Part shown: in pieces, positions 1-11,275 of the stretch | How positions within the stretch are numbered: position 1 is the first letter of the stretch | Layout of the letters: each line of letters starts with the position of its first letter | NCBI GenBank assembly: GCA_013239625.1 | Contig: MU053216.1 | Coordinates: 312,001 to 376,000 of the forward strand | Length of the DNA stretch: 64,000 bases | From: Lama guanicoe | Lineage: Eukaryota | Reading direction: 5' to 3' | The notes under the pieces: model-generated | Told to the model about the DNA's origin: nothing | Databases searched by the model: none | What the model saw: only the letters and a program-made list of their open reading frames with translations | Translations under genes and position numbers: made by a program

Positions 1-149
1 CACGCGGCAGTCGTCCTGTAAGCCCCCCTTCTCGCGGTAACCCGGCTGGTCTGAGAACCAGTTACACGGGCAGGGAGGCGTTTTCTCCTGGCGCGCTCTC
101 TGGGAGCAGCCGTGTGAGGTGGGGGTCCTCTCCTCCCTAAGTCATCGGA

Positions 150-345
150 AGAGCTCACCAGTGAGGCCCGGGGTCAGTGCTCTCCATAGGAAGGTTTTAA
201 ATAAGAGACTCAGTTTCTCTAATAGAATTAGGCCTATTCAGATTTCCTGTTTTGGTAACATTTGTTTTTCAAGGAATTTTATCTATATTTTCACATTTAG
301 TGGCACAAAATTACTCCTATCCTTATATTTTAATTGTCATTTTAA
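150..345 (-). mobile_element. Old L1 fragment
   Basis: ggcctattcagatttcctg...tttttcaaggaattttatc, typical antisense L1M ORF2 sequence; boundaries approximate. Confidence 0.55.
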
Positions 346-347
346 TA

Positions 348-2612
348 CAAGTATATCTCAGGGCCACCGCAATAAAGTGGATGTTGCAGTAAAGTGAGTC
401 ACATGACATTTCTGGCTTCCTGGTGTGCATAAAGGTTATGTTTATACTCTACTGTAGTCTACTAAGTGTGCAATAGCATTATGCCTAAAAGACAATGTTC
501 ATACTTTCATATACTTTATTGCTAAAAAATGTTAACCATTGCCTGAGCCCTCAACGAGGCATGATCTTTGTGCTGGTGGAGGGTCTCGTCTCGACCTGGA
601 CGCTGCTGACTGATCAGGGAAGCGGCTGCTGAAGGGGTGACGGGGCCGGCTGTGGAAGTTCCTCAAGAAAGCAGTGAAGTTGGCTGCACTGATGACTCTT
701 CCTTTCACAAACGATTTCTCTAGCGTCCGTGCTGTCTGACAGCATTTTCCCCGCAGTAGAACCTCTCTCAAAACTGGAGCCCATCCTCCCAAGCCCTGGG
801 GCTGCTGTCTTTGCAACTAAGTTTGTGGGAGGTTCTAGATCGCTTGTTGTCCTCCCAGCAGTCTTCACAGCATCTTCACCGGGAGCAGATGCCGTCTCGA
901 GAAGCCACCTTCTCTGCTCACCCACAGGAAGCAGCTCCTCCTCTGTGCCAGTTCAGCCCGAGGTGGCAGCAGTCCAGCCCCGTCTTCAGGCTCCACGTCT
1001 CACTCCCGTTCTCTTGCTGTCTCCACCGCAGCTGCGGTGACATCGAACCCTCCAAGCCGTCCATGAGGGTTGGAACCAACTTCCTCCAGACCCTGTTAAG
1101 GCTGACATTCTGACCTCTCCCCACAAACCACAAGTGTTCTTCGTGCATCCGGAATGCTGAGTCCTTCCAGAAGGCTTTCAGCGGCCTTCGCCATCGAGGA
1201 TCATCGTCTCTGGCGGCTGCAGCCTGACAACACGTATTTCTTAAATAATAAGACCGGAGAGTTGAAATGATGCCCTGAGCACAGACTGGGGCGTGCAGCG
1301 GCAGCCGGTGCGGACACAGCGTGGACCTCAGCCACACCTCGGGCTGCACCGGGGCTCGAGGCTGCCAGGTGCCCTGTCAGTGAGCAGCAACGTTTTGAGA
1401 GGAGACTTTTTTCTGAGCAGAAGGTCTCTCATTGGGCTGTAAACCGTGCTGCAGGCAGATGTACTGTCACCCGGGCCTGCTGGTACGCGTTTAGGGCACA
1501 GGCAGAGCAGACCTGGCATCACTCTCGAGGGCCCTGCGACTTCAGGTGGCAAACAAACCCTGGCTCCACATGAGAGTACCCCGCCGCACCAGCCCGACGC
1601 ATCAGTCTGTCCTGGGAGGCCCTGGGCCAGCGTTCACGCCTCCCCCTGGCTGTGGAAGTCCTGACGTCGTCTTCTGCCCACAGAAGGCTGTCCGCCTACG
1701 CTGAAATCTGCTGCACAGCGTGGCCGCCTTTGTGCGCGAACCTGGCTGGATCTTCTGGGGAACCTGCCACCGTGTCTCCAACAACACTGGCTGGCCCACC
1801 TGCCCTGATGTTCTGGAGACGGTGACCCCCTTCAGCCTCGTGAACCAGCCTCTGCCGACTTCACACTCTCCTCCCGGCTGTCCTGGGGCTGAGGTGGGGC
1901 CTGGCTCTGGATGAGGCTTTAACTAGGGGATGCTGTGGCTGGCTTAATTTTCTACCCAGACACTGAAACTTTCTCCGCACCAGCAATAAGGCTGTTCCAC
2001 TTTCTTATCATTCGCGTGTTCACTGAAGTAGCACTTAAAATTCCCTTTAAGAAGTTTTTCTTTGCATTCACGACATGGCTAACTGGCTCGAGATGCCAGC
2101 TTCTGGCGTATCTTGGCTTTGATGTGCCTTCCTCACCGAACTTCCTCATTTCTAGCTTTTGACCTCAAGCTGTGGACGTGTGACTCTTCCTTTCACTTGA
2201 GCACTCAGAGGCCACTGTGGGTTATCAGCTGGCCTCACTTCAGTGTTGTCATGTCCCCGGGAACAGGGAGGCCCGGGCAGGAGGAGACGGAATGGCTGGT
2301 CGGTGGGGTGGTCAGACATGCACATTTACTAAGTGTGTGGTCTCACATGGGTGCGGTTCATGGCACCGCGAAACATTTACAGCAGTAACATCAAAGAACA
2401 CTGATCACAGACCACCATAACAGATACGGTCACAATGAAGAAGTCTGGAATATTGCGAGAAATGCCAAAACGTGACAGAGACATGAAGTGAGCAAAGGCT
2501 GCTGGGAAAAGGAGAGGACAGACTTACTGGATGCAGGGCTGCTACAAACCTTCAATTTGTGAAAACACAGTGTCTGTGAAGCTCAGCAAAGCGAAGTCGC
2601 TACAATTACCTG
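348..2612 (-). mobile_element. Near full-length degenerate Tigger1 (TcMar-Tigger DNA transposon)
   Basis: Preceded by TA (346-347) and ends ...TACCTG; broken transposase peptides QGIISTLRSYYLRNT..LKAFWK..VWRKLVPTLMD (918-1349) and VSHVVNAKKNFLKGILSATSVNTRMIRKWNSLIA (1952-2149); collinear with the Tigger1 consensus as I recall it. Confidence 0.92.
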
Positions 2613-3010
2613 CAGCACGGTTCTCAGATGCTTTTGCTCTGAGGGCCCTTCTACACTTCACCCTTTACCGAGGACCCCAAACAGCTGCTCGTGAGGTGCA
2701 TCTATCACTATCCACCCTACTAGGCATTAAAACTGGGAAACTAAACAATATGCATTTACCGATTCATCTTAAAATGACAGCCCTATAACGTTACTATCAA
2801 TAACTTACCTTTTGTGGAAAATAATTAAATTTTGCAAAATAAAAAATTTAGTAAGAGTGTCATTATTTTACATTTTTGTAAATTACTTTAATGCTGGCCT
2901 AACAGAGGCCAGCTGGATTTTCACATCTGCTTCTGCTTTCAATATGCTGTAATGTATTGCCGTGCAGGATGTGCAGTTGGAAGGGCCTTTTCAGATAATC
3001 ACAGACGTTA
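2613..3010 (-). mobile_element. Charlie1-type hAT transposon terminal fragment
   Basis: ggttctcag...ggaccccaaa...aaaaatttagtaagagtgtcattattttacatttttgtaaa...agctggattttcacatctgcttctgc resembles the Charlie1 end. Confidence 0.75.
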
Positions 3011-6000
3011 CAGCCCTGCCCCTCCACTTCCCGCCGATGACCTTGGGTGGAATACCCCGTGGGTCGCATACAATGCTGACACTATCAGCTGTAGCAGGTG
3101 TCAGCAGACGGTGGGAGGATTCTCGTGAAGACTGAATGAAAACCCACATGGCACCCATGAGCTCTCGGGTGGCGACACCGTGCTCCCGCGATGCTCACCC
3201 CGCCAACAGCTCGCACTGGTAACGCAGGAAAGAGAGTCCAACACCCCGTCTAACAGGAGTTGCCCTAAGTTACTTTCCTGCAGGTGGATAATTCACTTGG
3301 AGGAGGTCTTGACGCCTTTGAAAATACTCTCCATGCAGGTCCAAAGGGCTGAGTAAATAAAACATGGCAAAGAAGAGAGAAACGCCCACGGAGAGAACGA
3401 GGCTGCTCCCCCGAGCGCTGAGAGGGTAAAACGCTCACCTTGCGCCCACCAGCAGTGAACTGGGGCTCCCACCCCTAACATCCACACAGAAGGGCGGAGG
3501 GGGCCTCAACTCCAGGCAGGGGGACTAAGCTGGGCCTGTGTGTCGTGGCGCTTGGGGCGCCGGGGCCATCACCACAGACGAGCCGACCGCCATTCTGGGG
3601 ACAACGTCCTGCGTGTGAGGATACACATGCAGAGTGGTGTGTTTCAGTGATGCCAGAAGGAACTTTAACGCCAGCCTAGAAGCACACGTGGACAGCCACA
3701 GGGGAGGGCATGAGTGAGAGCCATAGGCCAAAGACCTTATGACTTCAAGAAGGCGCTGGATCTGATTTCAAGATTTGAGGCAGTAAAATTACTCCTACCT
3801 TACAGACGAGCTGAAAGGCCTAAGAGTCACGTGCACCCAGGTCATGGTGCAGCTGGGCCAGACCCAGAGGGGCTGTGACCTGGGCTCCTGCCACCCCTGC
3901 AGCCTCTTACCCTCTCCATGACACAGCCTAATCTCCCACCACCACCTTGTCCGGAGCAACACGTTTCTTGCCTCAAATCTAGTGATATCAGGAGCCGCGG
4001 GTAAAGACGTCTCATAGGAAACTTCTAGCATCCCCTGATGTTCTCCACGTCCTCCACAACCAACACTACTCGCTCCTGGAATCACGCCTCGGGGCTTATC
4101 GTCCACGTGACCAAAGCCATGCTGAGCGGGGGCCGGGCAGGCTCCGGGGCGGGGTCTCCTTGCCAGCTCTAACTGGAAGGGGCGCTCGGGCTGAGGCTCA
4201 GTGGGAAGGACGCGCACTTGGGTCTGGTGTCCACTGTGCCACTAACTGCTTTTGTGACAAGAGAATCATTTAACTTCTGGGACCATAATGTCTTCACTTC
4301 CACAATGAGGGCCGAGTCTGCAGTGTTCAAGCGCCCATCTAACTTTACACCACAGTAAATCCGTACTCATGCAGGCTCCGGACAAACGGCCTCTAGGTCT
4401 GTGCCCCCAGCCGCCTACTCACTGGTCCTGGTCAGACACTCAGTCCCCTGTGTTCACAGGTCACCTCTTCAACACGGCCAGCAGCACCCTGGTGGTGACG
4501 CGGAGCTGCCCACGCAGCCCAGTATACTCACACGTGGCCCGCGAGACTCAAGACACGGCTGGTGTGCTGGAGGAACTAACTCTTAAGTTCACTGAACCTT
4601 CATTTAAATCGAAGCAGCCACATGTGGCTACCAGCTCCCGCGCCAGGCAGCACAGCTGGGCCAGCCCCAGAGTCCAGGTCAGAGGCACCACTCCCAGGCC
4701 CTGCTCATGTGATGGGGACCGGACAGACCCAGATCGCCGGCCAGCTCCGTTTAAAAGCTATCAGTCTCACTGCCCTCACAGGTGAAGCCTCATCTTCCCT
4801 ATGCTTCTCGGAAGCACTGTCTTTGGAGCCGCACTTCTGACATGGTGCCTGTGCTGCAGTGGAAGGGCAGGGACCCACTTCCAGACTCACATCAGGCGCC
4901 TGCAGAGCTGCTCCCCGCCGCAGCCTCCGCAGGCCCACGTGCCTCCCCCGCCACCCTGCCTCCCCTCCGTTACCTCCCTGCGCTGGCCTGCAGGGCAAGA
5001 TGACGGTCAAAGGCCTCTGGAGATGAACAGCGAGGCAGGTAAGTGGTGGCTGGGAAGACGGCAGGCTGAAAACCCGGCCTCCTGGGAAACTGTCCCACAA
5101 GCAGAGGCAAAGCCTGTAATCTGCTAAGAAGCTGCTGCTGAGAAGGAGGGGAAGGCCAAATCTTGGGGCTACCAGTTCCCAAAATACGTGCCATTAGCTG
5201 CGTATTTCACACCCTGTACCAACCACCAATCCTCCTCCCCGCTTGCAGCAGGGAAGGAGGACACCCTACCAGCCCGCGGCTGTCCCCCTGCTGCCTCCAT
5301 CCCAGGGAGCTGTGAACAACGCCCTGCTGGAAGCCGGGCGTAGCCGACCAGCAACTGTCAACATAGGAGAAGAGACGGGAAAGGGAAACACACGGCAGAC
5401 AGACAGACACAGGGACAGACCTCAGACCTGACACAGAGGAGAAACAGCCCTGCTCAGTCTGGTGTGCTGAGTTCAGGTCAGGAAGACCTGGGCCGAGTAT
5501 GTGCACGCACTGGGGTGTGACCTGACTACCATCTACCTGTGTTCTAGTCTCACATGCCAGGCCACCCTCTCTAATTCAACACTGAGACCAGAGCCGAAGT
5601 TCAAGCAAGGAACCAAAGCTACAGCTCTGCTAACCAGGATGACGCAGAGGGCGGCGGGTCTCCCCACTAAGCCATGCATTTTCTGCCCCTCTGGACCAGC
5701 AATTCTCCACAGGCACAAAGAATCGTTTGGCCCAAGATTTTAACAGTGCCAGGTCCACAGTAAAGGGCCACATGGTGGATCCTCGACTTTGCAGGGCTGT
5801 CCCATGAGCCTGCCGGAGCACCGGAGGGGCTGGGGCGAGGCGGCCGGGCCGGAAACCGTGCGGCCCACAGAGCCCAGAAGACACACTGTCTGGGCCCTGC
5901 GGCTCCCTGCTCCAGACTCCAAGCCACACGGCACCGAACCACGGCTCGGAGAACTCCCTGTCGACGCTGTGCAGACACGGCGAGCCCGGGTTCTCCGCCG

Positions 6001-6199
6001 GCCTGAGGACGGCGCCTGTTGTCCCGCGCGCTGTGCTTCTGAACGCCGTCCCGCGGAACACATTCCAGGCGACGAGACTCGACTCGCGCAGGTGGCTCTA
6101 CAGTTATGCAGGTTCAGCGCGAGCGCTTTGGATCCAGAACGGCAGATTCAAGCCCCCACACAGGGGTGCTTTACTTCACACCCCGGCCGCGTGCCTCCA

Positions 6200-7250
6200 G
6201 CCGGGCAACTGTGCCAAACACTCATCGCTGATTATGACACACATCAGGTCCGAGTCAAAGCACCACTGACCTCTTTTAAACAAGAAAATCCAGGAAAGTC
6301 AACACACAAACTATTCACGGAAATAACCCAGCTCTCAAACAAACAGGGACAGCAGTCAGACAGCTTATAGAACACCCACACGACAGAGCACGACCCGGAC
6401 GCTGTAGGACACCCTGGAGACCACCACAGACGCGTCACCTGCCAAATGTTAGTATCTAGACTGTACCAAGAACTTACACCAACCAAAAACACCCGCCAAA
6501 CCCAACAGGAAAACACAGTCAACAAAGCGTACAACCAAGGAATTCACAAACACAGGAAAACCAGAAAGCCTACAAGCACGGGAGGAAAGAGTCAGTGTCA
6601 CTCGTCGTCATGAAATGCAAGTAAAAACGAGGAGAAACCACTCCATCTTCCCAAGGTCTGCAAAAACAAAAAGCACTGGCATCTCTAAGCACAACGTGGG
6701 CCACAAAGAGCTGGAGACCCGCCTGCTGCAGGGGGCCGGGGTCCCCAGTAAGTGTGCGCTTGTCCCCACGCCCGACAGCCTCAGCGTCCACTGGGAAACA
6801 AACACCCTCGAGAAACTCGCTCATTTGCACAAGGAAACAGGAGTGAGAATGCACAGCAGCACCGTTAATACTAGAGGGAAAAGGGAAATGACCCGAGTGT
6901 CCACGAGCAGGTAAAAACCGAAACCAAACTGCGGGGCACAGCACACGAGGGCCTCGAGCGAGCGTCCCCGTGAGAACGTGGGCTTGGGATGGCCGTGTAG
7001 ACAGTGAGACGGTCCACGCAGACCATCAGAGCATCACTTATCACACGGGGCGGTGTGCGTGTCCACACACGAAGCAGTGACAACCAACAGTCTCGAGCGA
7101 TGAGCACAAGTTCAGGACGGAGGCCACCTCTGGGGAGGGGTTGGGGGTGAGGCTGGAGACACCAGCATAAACTACGTTTCTCATGTTTTACTTGAAAGGT
7201 TGAAGCCAGCACAGCAAGTGCTGGGACGTGACACAGCTGCAGGATGGATA
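6200..7250 (+). mobile_element. Old L1 (L1M) 3' end remnant
   Basis: A-rich tract ttagtatctagactgtaccaagaacttac...gaaatgcaagtaaaaacgaggaga...gtgagaatgcacagcagcac resembles an L1 ORF2 end and 3' UTR; boundaries approximate. Confidence 0.6.
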
Positions 7251-7907
7251 CACTGGCTGTTGGCAGTAGTAATAATATTCTAAAAGGAAAGACTGTGCAC
7301 GGTTTGATCTCAAGGCAACTATGACACAGAGACACTGCAGGGACGCTGCTGGCGGTGAGCGTGCGCATCACCCTTATTTCCTGCCTGAGATTTACGTGCC
7401 ATAGAAAATGTGATAAACGCCATGGACTCAGACCCCTTGGCTGCCGCCCGCCTGGAACGGGGCTCCAGCGGCTGTAACCGGCCTCCCTCGGGGAGAAGGG
7501 CCCTGCGAGCAGGAGGAGCCCCTAACCCTGGTTTTTAACCTTATTCAACACTAGCCTGTTTTCAACAACCAGACCCAAAATGTCATTTCCTCCCAGGAAA
7601 AAGAAAACTATTTATACATAAGGAAATTTTGCCAGCACTTTTGGGGATTTCTGGACGTTTCTGAAGCTCAGGTTCAGAAGAGAAGAACCTGCAGGACCCA
7701 GCCAGTTACCTTCAGGGGAAAGTAAGTGTGAACAGTGTCTCCTTGAGCCACCCCCATGCTGCAGAGTCCAACTCCTTGAAGGCTCAGCGGCACTTTTAAA
7801 AGTTAGGCTTCCTGAGGAGTAATTCACATACAGCAAAATGTGCCCTGAACTATATACAAGTCTAAGAGTTCTGGTAAGTGTGTCACAATCAAGAAACAGA
7901 ACAGCTC

Positions 7908-8022
7908 GGGGGGAGGGTGTCGCTCAAGCGGTAGAGCACGTGCCTAGCATGCACACTGTCCTGGGTTCAATTCCCGGTACCTCCTCTAAAATAAACACAT
8001 AAGTAAATTTAATCACCCCCCA
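7908..8022 (+). mobile_element. tRNA-Ala-derived camelid SINE (Vic-1-like) with 17-bp TSD
   Basis: gggagggtgtcgctcaagcggtagagcacgtgcctagcatgcac...gggttcaattccc (A/B boxes) with an A-rich tail; TSD aagaaacagaacagctc 7891-7907 and aagaaatagagcagctc 8023-8039. Confidence 0.85.
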
Positions 8023-8905
8023 AAGAAATAGAGCAGCTCCATCACCGCCCTCTTGCAGTTAACCTCCCCCGGCCCCTGCCTAAGGGGAGCTGTTTTAATT
8101 AAAGAGAAAGCTTCAAAACCACTGAAGGAACACATTGACTTTTTCACTCCCACTGAAACGCAACACATAAGGCAATGATGACCAGGAGACTGGGTGTGAG
8201 CCACTGCACGCAGCCAAGCACACGCAACGCCTGGCCTCCACTCGCTGCCAGCCTCTCCCGGTCGGGAAGGCGGGCGCCCCAGGGTCCGCACGTCCTTAAC
8301 ACCTGGCACTGTGCCCGCCCTCCACGAGGTGCTCCAAAGCCATCACTGAACTGAACTGAGCCGATGCGTGAAATTCAGGGTCTGAGTTGTTACCGTTTTG
8401 CCTTTCATTTCTGAAGTCCGGCCAACAGTGTGTTGGTTCCGTCCTTCACTTTCCTCATTCCATCCGATCCTCCAACCAACTCCTCTGATACATTTTCTGA
8501 CCCGTCACAGACACTTTATCAAGTGACAGCCTGGTCTCCCGCAGGAGCTTGTGGGGAAGTTGTACATACAAAGTACGCTCATTGCAATTTATGGCTTAAA
8601 AAAAGCCATAAAGAGACAGTGCCTGAGGGGGTCACAAGGAAGGTGACTTGCATGGAATCGACAGGGAGGAGGGAGAGGCCTCCTAGAAGACAAGAGGGAC
8701 GCCATCGCTGGGGGTGGCGCTTTGGGCTGTGAAGCAGGAGAGTGAGCTGCGCAGACCGCACACTCTGGCCAGTTAGGAGGGACAGGGACGGGGAGGGGGG
8801 CGGTTCTGGCGGAAGCCTGCGGGGAGTGACGAGGGCAGGTCACTTCTTGGTGAGAAGGAAGTTGTCTGGCTCGATCCCCAAGCTGCTCAGTGCGGTGACA
8901 CTTAC

Positions 8906-9061
8906 GCAGGACCACTGACAAAGACAAAACAGCTAAAACAACGCTCCTTCTTGCCTTTTTAGGGTCAGAGGGGAGGAAGTGGTTTTGTTTATTTGTTTAT
9001 ATCCTCTTTCTAACTAGGACTCGAGAACTCTTAAGACACACACACCCCTGGCCATATTTGA
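8906..9061 (-). promoter_or_regulatory. Candidate internal promoter and short first exon in intron 13 (possible M20/HS-M21 small-subunit transcript)
   Basis: Minus strand: TATAAA 9001-8996, CCACTTC Inr/ETS-like 8982-8976, strong donor TGC|GTAAGT at 8906/8905. Also a perfect CArG CCTTTTTAGG 8954-8963, a CArG-like CCATATTTGA 9052-9061 and two TGTTTAT forkhead-type sites. Confidence 0.5.
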
Positions 9062-9476
9062 AACAGATGAAGAAACAAGGGGGAAGGAAATGATGGCCAG
9101 TTACAGCCACAGCTTTGCAGGGTCCACGCGAAATTACACAGCTCTGCAGAGGAATCTGGGCTGGAAATGGAGACGTGGGAGCCAGTGGAGCAGATGAGAC
9201 CAGTTCGGGAAGGTCCTAGGGGGAGGGAAGGAGGCAGCCTAGGAGGCCCAAGGTGCCTGCAGGAGAGAAGGGGCTGAACGGGCACCAAGGAGGGTGTGGG
9301 GGCTGTGGAGGGGAACAGAGCACCGGGGCGACCGTGTGTGGAGGGCATGGCTCAGGAAGGCGGCAGCCACACGACCAAAGGCTGCCAGGAGCAATGCTTT
9401 CAAGGCTGCGGCGACACAGGAGCCGGGTCACTGGGGCTGCGGCAGGGTGCCCAAGCGTGTGTGCAGGACAGGTGAG

Positions 9477-11275
9477 GGGACAGGGGAGGGGACAGGCAGG
9501 GGGACAGGGGAGGGGACGGGCAGGGAGACGGGGAGGGGATAGGCTGAAGGACAGGCAGGGGACAGGGGAGGGGACGGGCAGGGAGACGGGGAGGGGATAG
9601 GCTGAAGGACAGGCAGGGGACAGGGGAGGGGACGGGCAGGGAGACGGGGAGGGGATAGGCTGAAGGACAGGCAGGGGACAGGGGAGGGGACGGGCAGGGA
9701 GACGGGGAGGGGATAGGCTGAAGGACAGGCAGGGGACAGGGGAGGGGACGGGCAGGGAGACGGGGAGGGGATAGGCTGAAGGACAGGCAGGGGACAGGGG
9801 AGGGGACGGGCAGGGAGACGGGGAGGGGATAGGCTGAAGGACAGGCAGGGGACAGGGGAGGGGACGGGCAGGGAGACGGGGAGGGGATAGGCTGAAGGAC
9901 AGGCAGGGGACAGGGGAGGGGACGGGCAGGGAGACGGGGAGGGGATAGGCTGAAGGACAGGCAGGGGACAGGGGAGGGGACGGGCAGGGAGACGGGGAGG
10001 GGATAGGCTGAAGGACAGGCAGGGGACAGGGGAGGGGACGGGCAGGGAGACGGGGAGGGGATAGGCTGAAGGACAGGCAGGGGACAGGGGAGGGGACGGG
10101 CAGGGAGACGGGGAGGGGATAGGCTGAAGGACAGGCAGGGGACAGGGGAGGGGACGGGCAGGGAGACGGGGAGGGGATAGGCTGAAGGACAGGCAGGGGA
10201 CAGGGGAGGGGACGGGCAGGGAGACGGGGAGGGGATAGGCTGAAGGACAGGCAGGGGACAGGGGAGGGGACGGGCAGGGAGACGGGGAGGGGATAGGCTG
10301 AAGGACAGGCAGGGGACAGGGGAGGGGACGGGCAGGGAGACGGGGAGGGGATAGGCTGAAGGACAGGCAGGGGACAGGGGAGGGGACGGGCAGGGAGACG
10401 GGGAGGGGATAGGCTGAAGGACAGGCAGGGGACAGGGGAGGGGACGGGCAGGGAGACGGGGAGGGGATAGGCTGAAGGACAGGCAGGGGACAGGGGAGGG
10501 GACGGGCAGGGAGACGGGGAGGGGATAGGCTGAAGGACAGGCAGGGGACAGGGGAGGGGACGGGCAGGGAGACGGGGAGGGGATAGGCTGAAGGACAGGC
10601 AGGGGACAGGGGAGGGGACGGGCAGGGAGACGGGGAGGGGATAGGCTGAAGGACAGGCAGGGGACAGGGGAGGGGACGGGCAGGGAGACGGGGAGGGGAT
10701 AGGCTGAAGGACAGGCAGGGGACAGGGGAGGGGACGGGCAGGGAGACGGGGAGGGGATAGGCTGAAGGACAGGCAGGGGACAGGGGAGGGGACGGGCAGG
10801 GAGACGGGGAGGGGATAGGCTGAAGGACAGGCAGGGGACAGGGGAGGGGACGGGCAGGGAGACGGGGAGGGGATAGGCTGAAGGACAGGCAGGGGACAGG
10901 GGAGGGGACGGGCAGGGAGACGGGGAGGGGATAGGCTGAAGGACAGGCAGGGGACAGGGGAGGGGACGGGCAGGGAGACGGGGAGGGGATAGGCTGAAGG
11001 ACAGGCAGGGGACAGGGGAGGGGACGGGCAGGGAGACGGGGAGGGGATAGGCTGAAGGACAGGCAGGGGACAGGGGAGGGGACGGGCAGGGAGACGGGGA
11101 GGGGATAGGCTGAAGGACAGGCAGGGGACAGGGGAGGGGACGGGCAGGGAGACGGGGAGGGGATAGGCTGAAGGACAGGCAGGGGACAGGGGAGGGGACG
11201 GGCAGGGAGACGGGGAGGGGATAGGCTGAAGGACAGGCAGGGGACAGGGGAGGGGACAGGCAGGGGAAAAGGGGG
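9477..11275 (+). repeat. 58-bp G-rich minisatellite, ~30 essentially identical copies
   Basis: Unit ggacaggcaggggacaggggaggggacgggcagggagacggggaggggataggctgaa; the marker ataggctgaa recurs every 58 nt from 9539 to 11221 (30 times). Confidence 0.97.

Noticed and set aside
918..2149. Functional TIGD1-like transposase gene
   Set aside because: Homology is split across frames by indels and stops
7908..7985. tRNA-Ala gene (also at 13428 and 14947)
   Set aside because: Degenerate stems, A-rich tails and, for the first copy, a TSD identify these as SINE copies
9477..11275. CRISPR-like array
   Set aside because: Head-to-tail identical units with no unique spacers, no cas genes and a mammalian intronic context; it is a minisatellite
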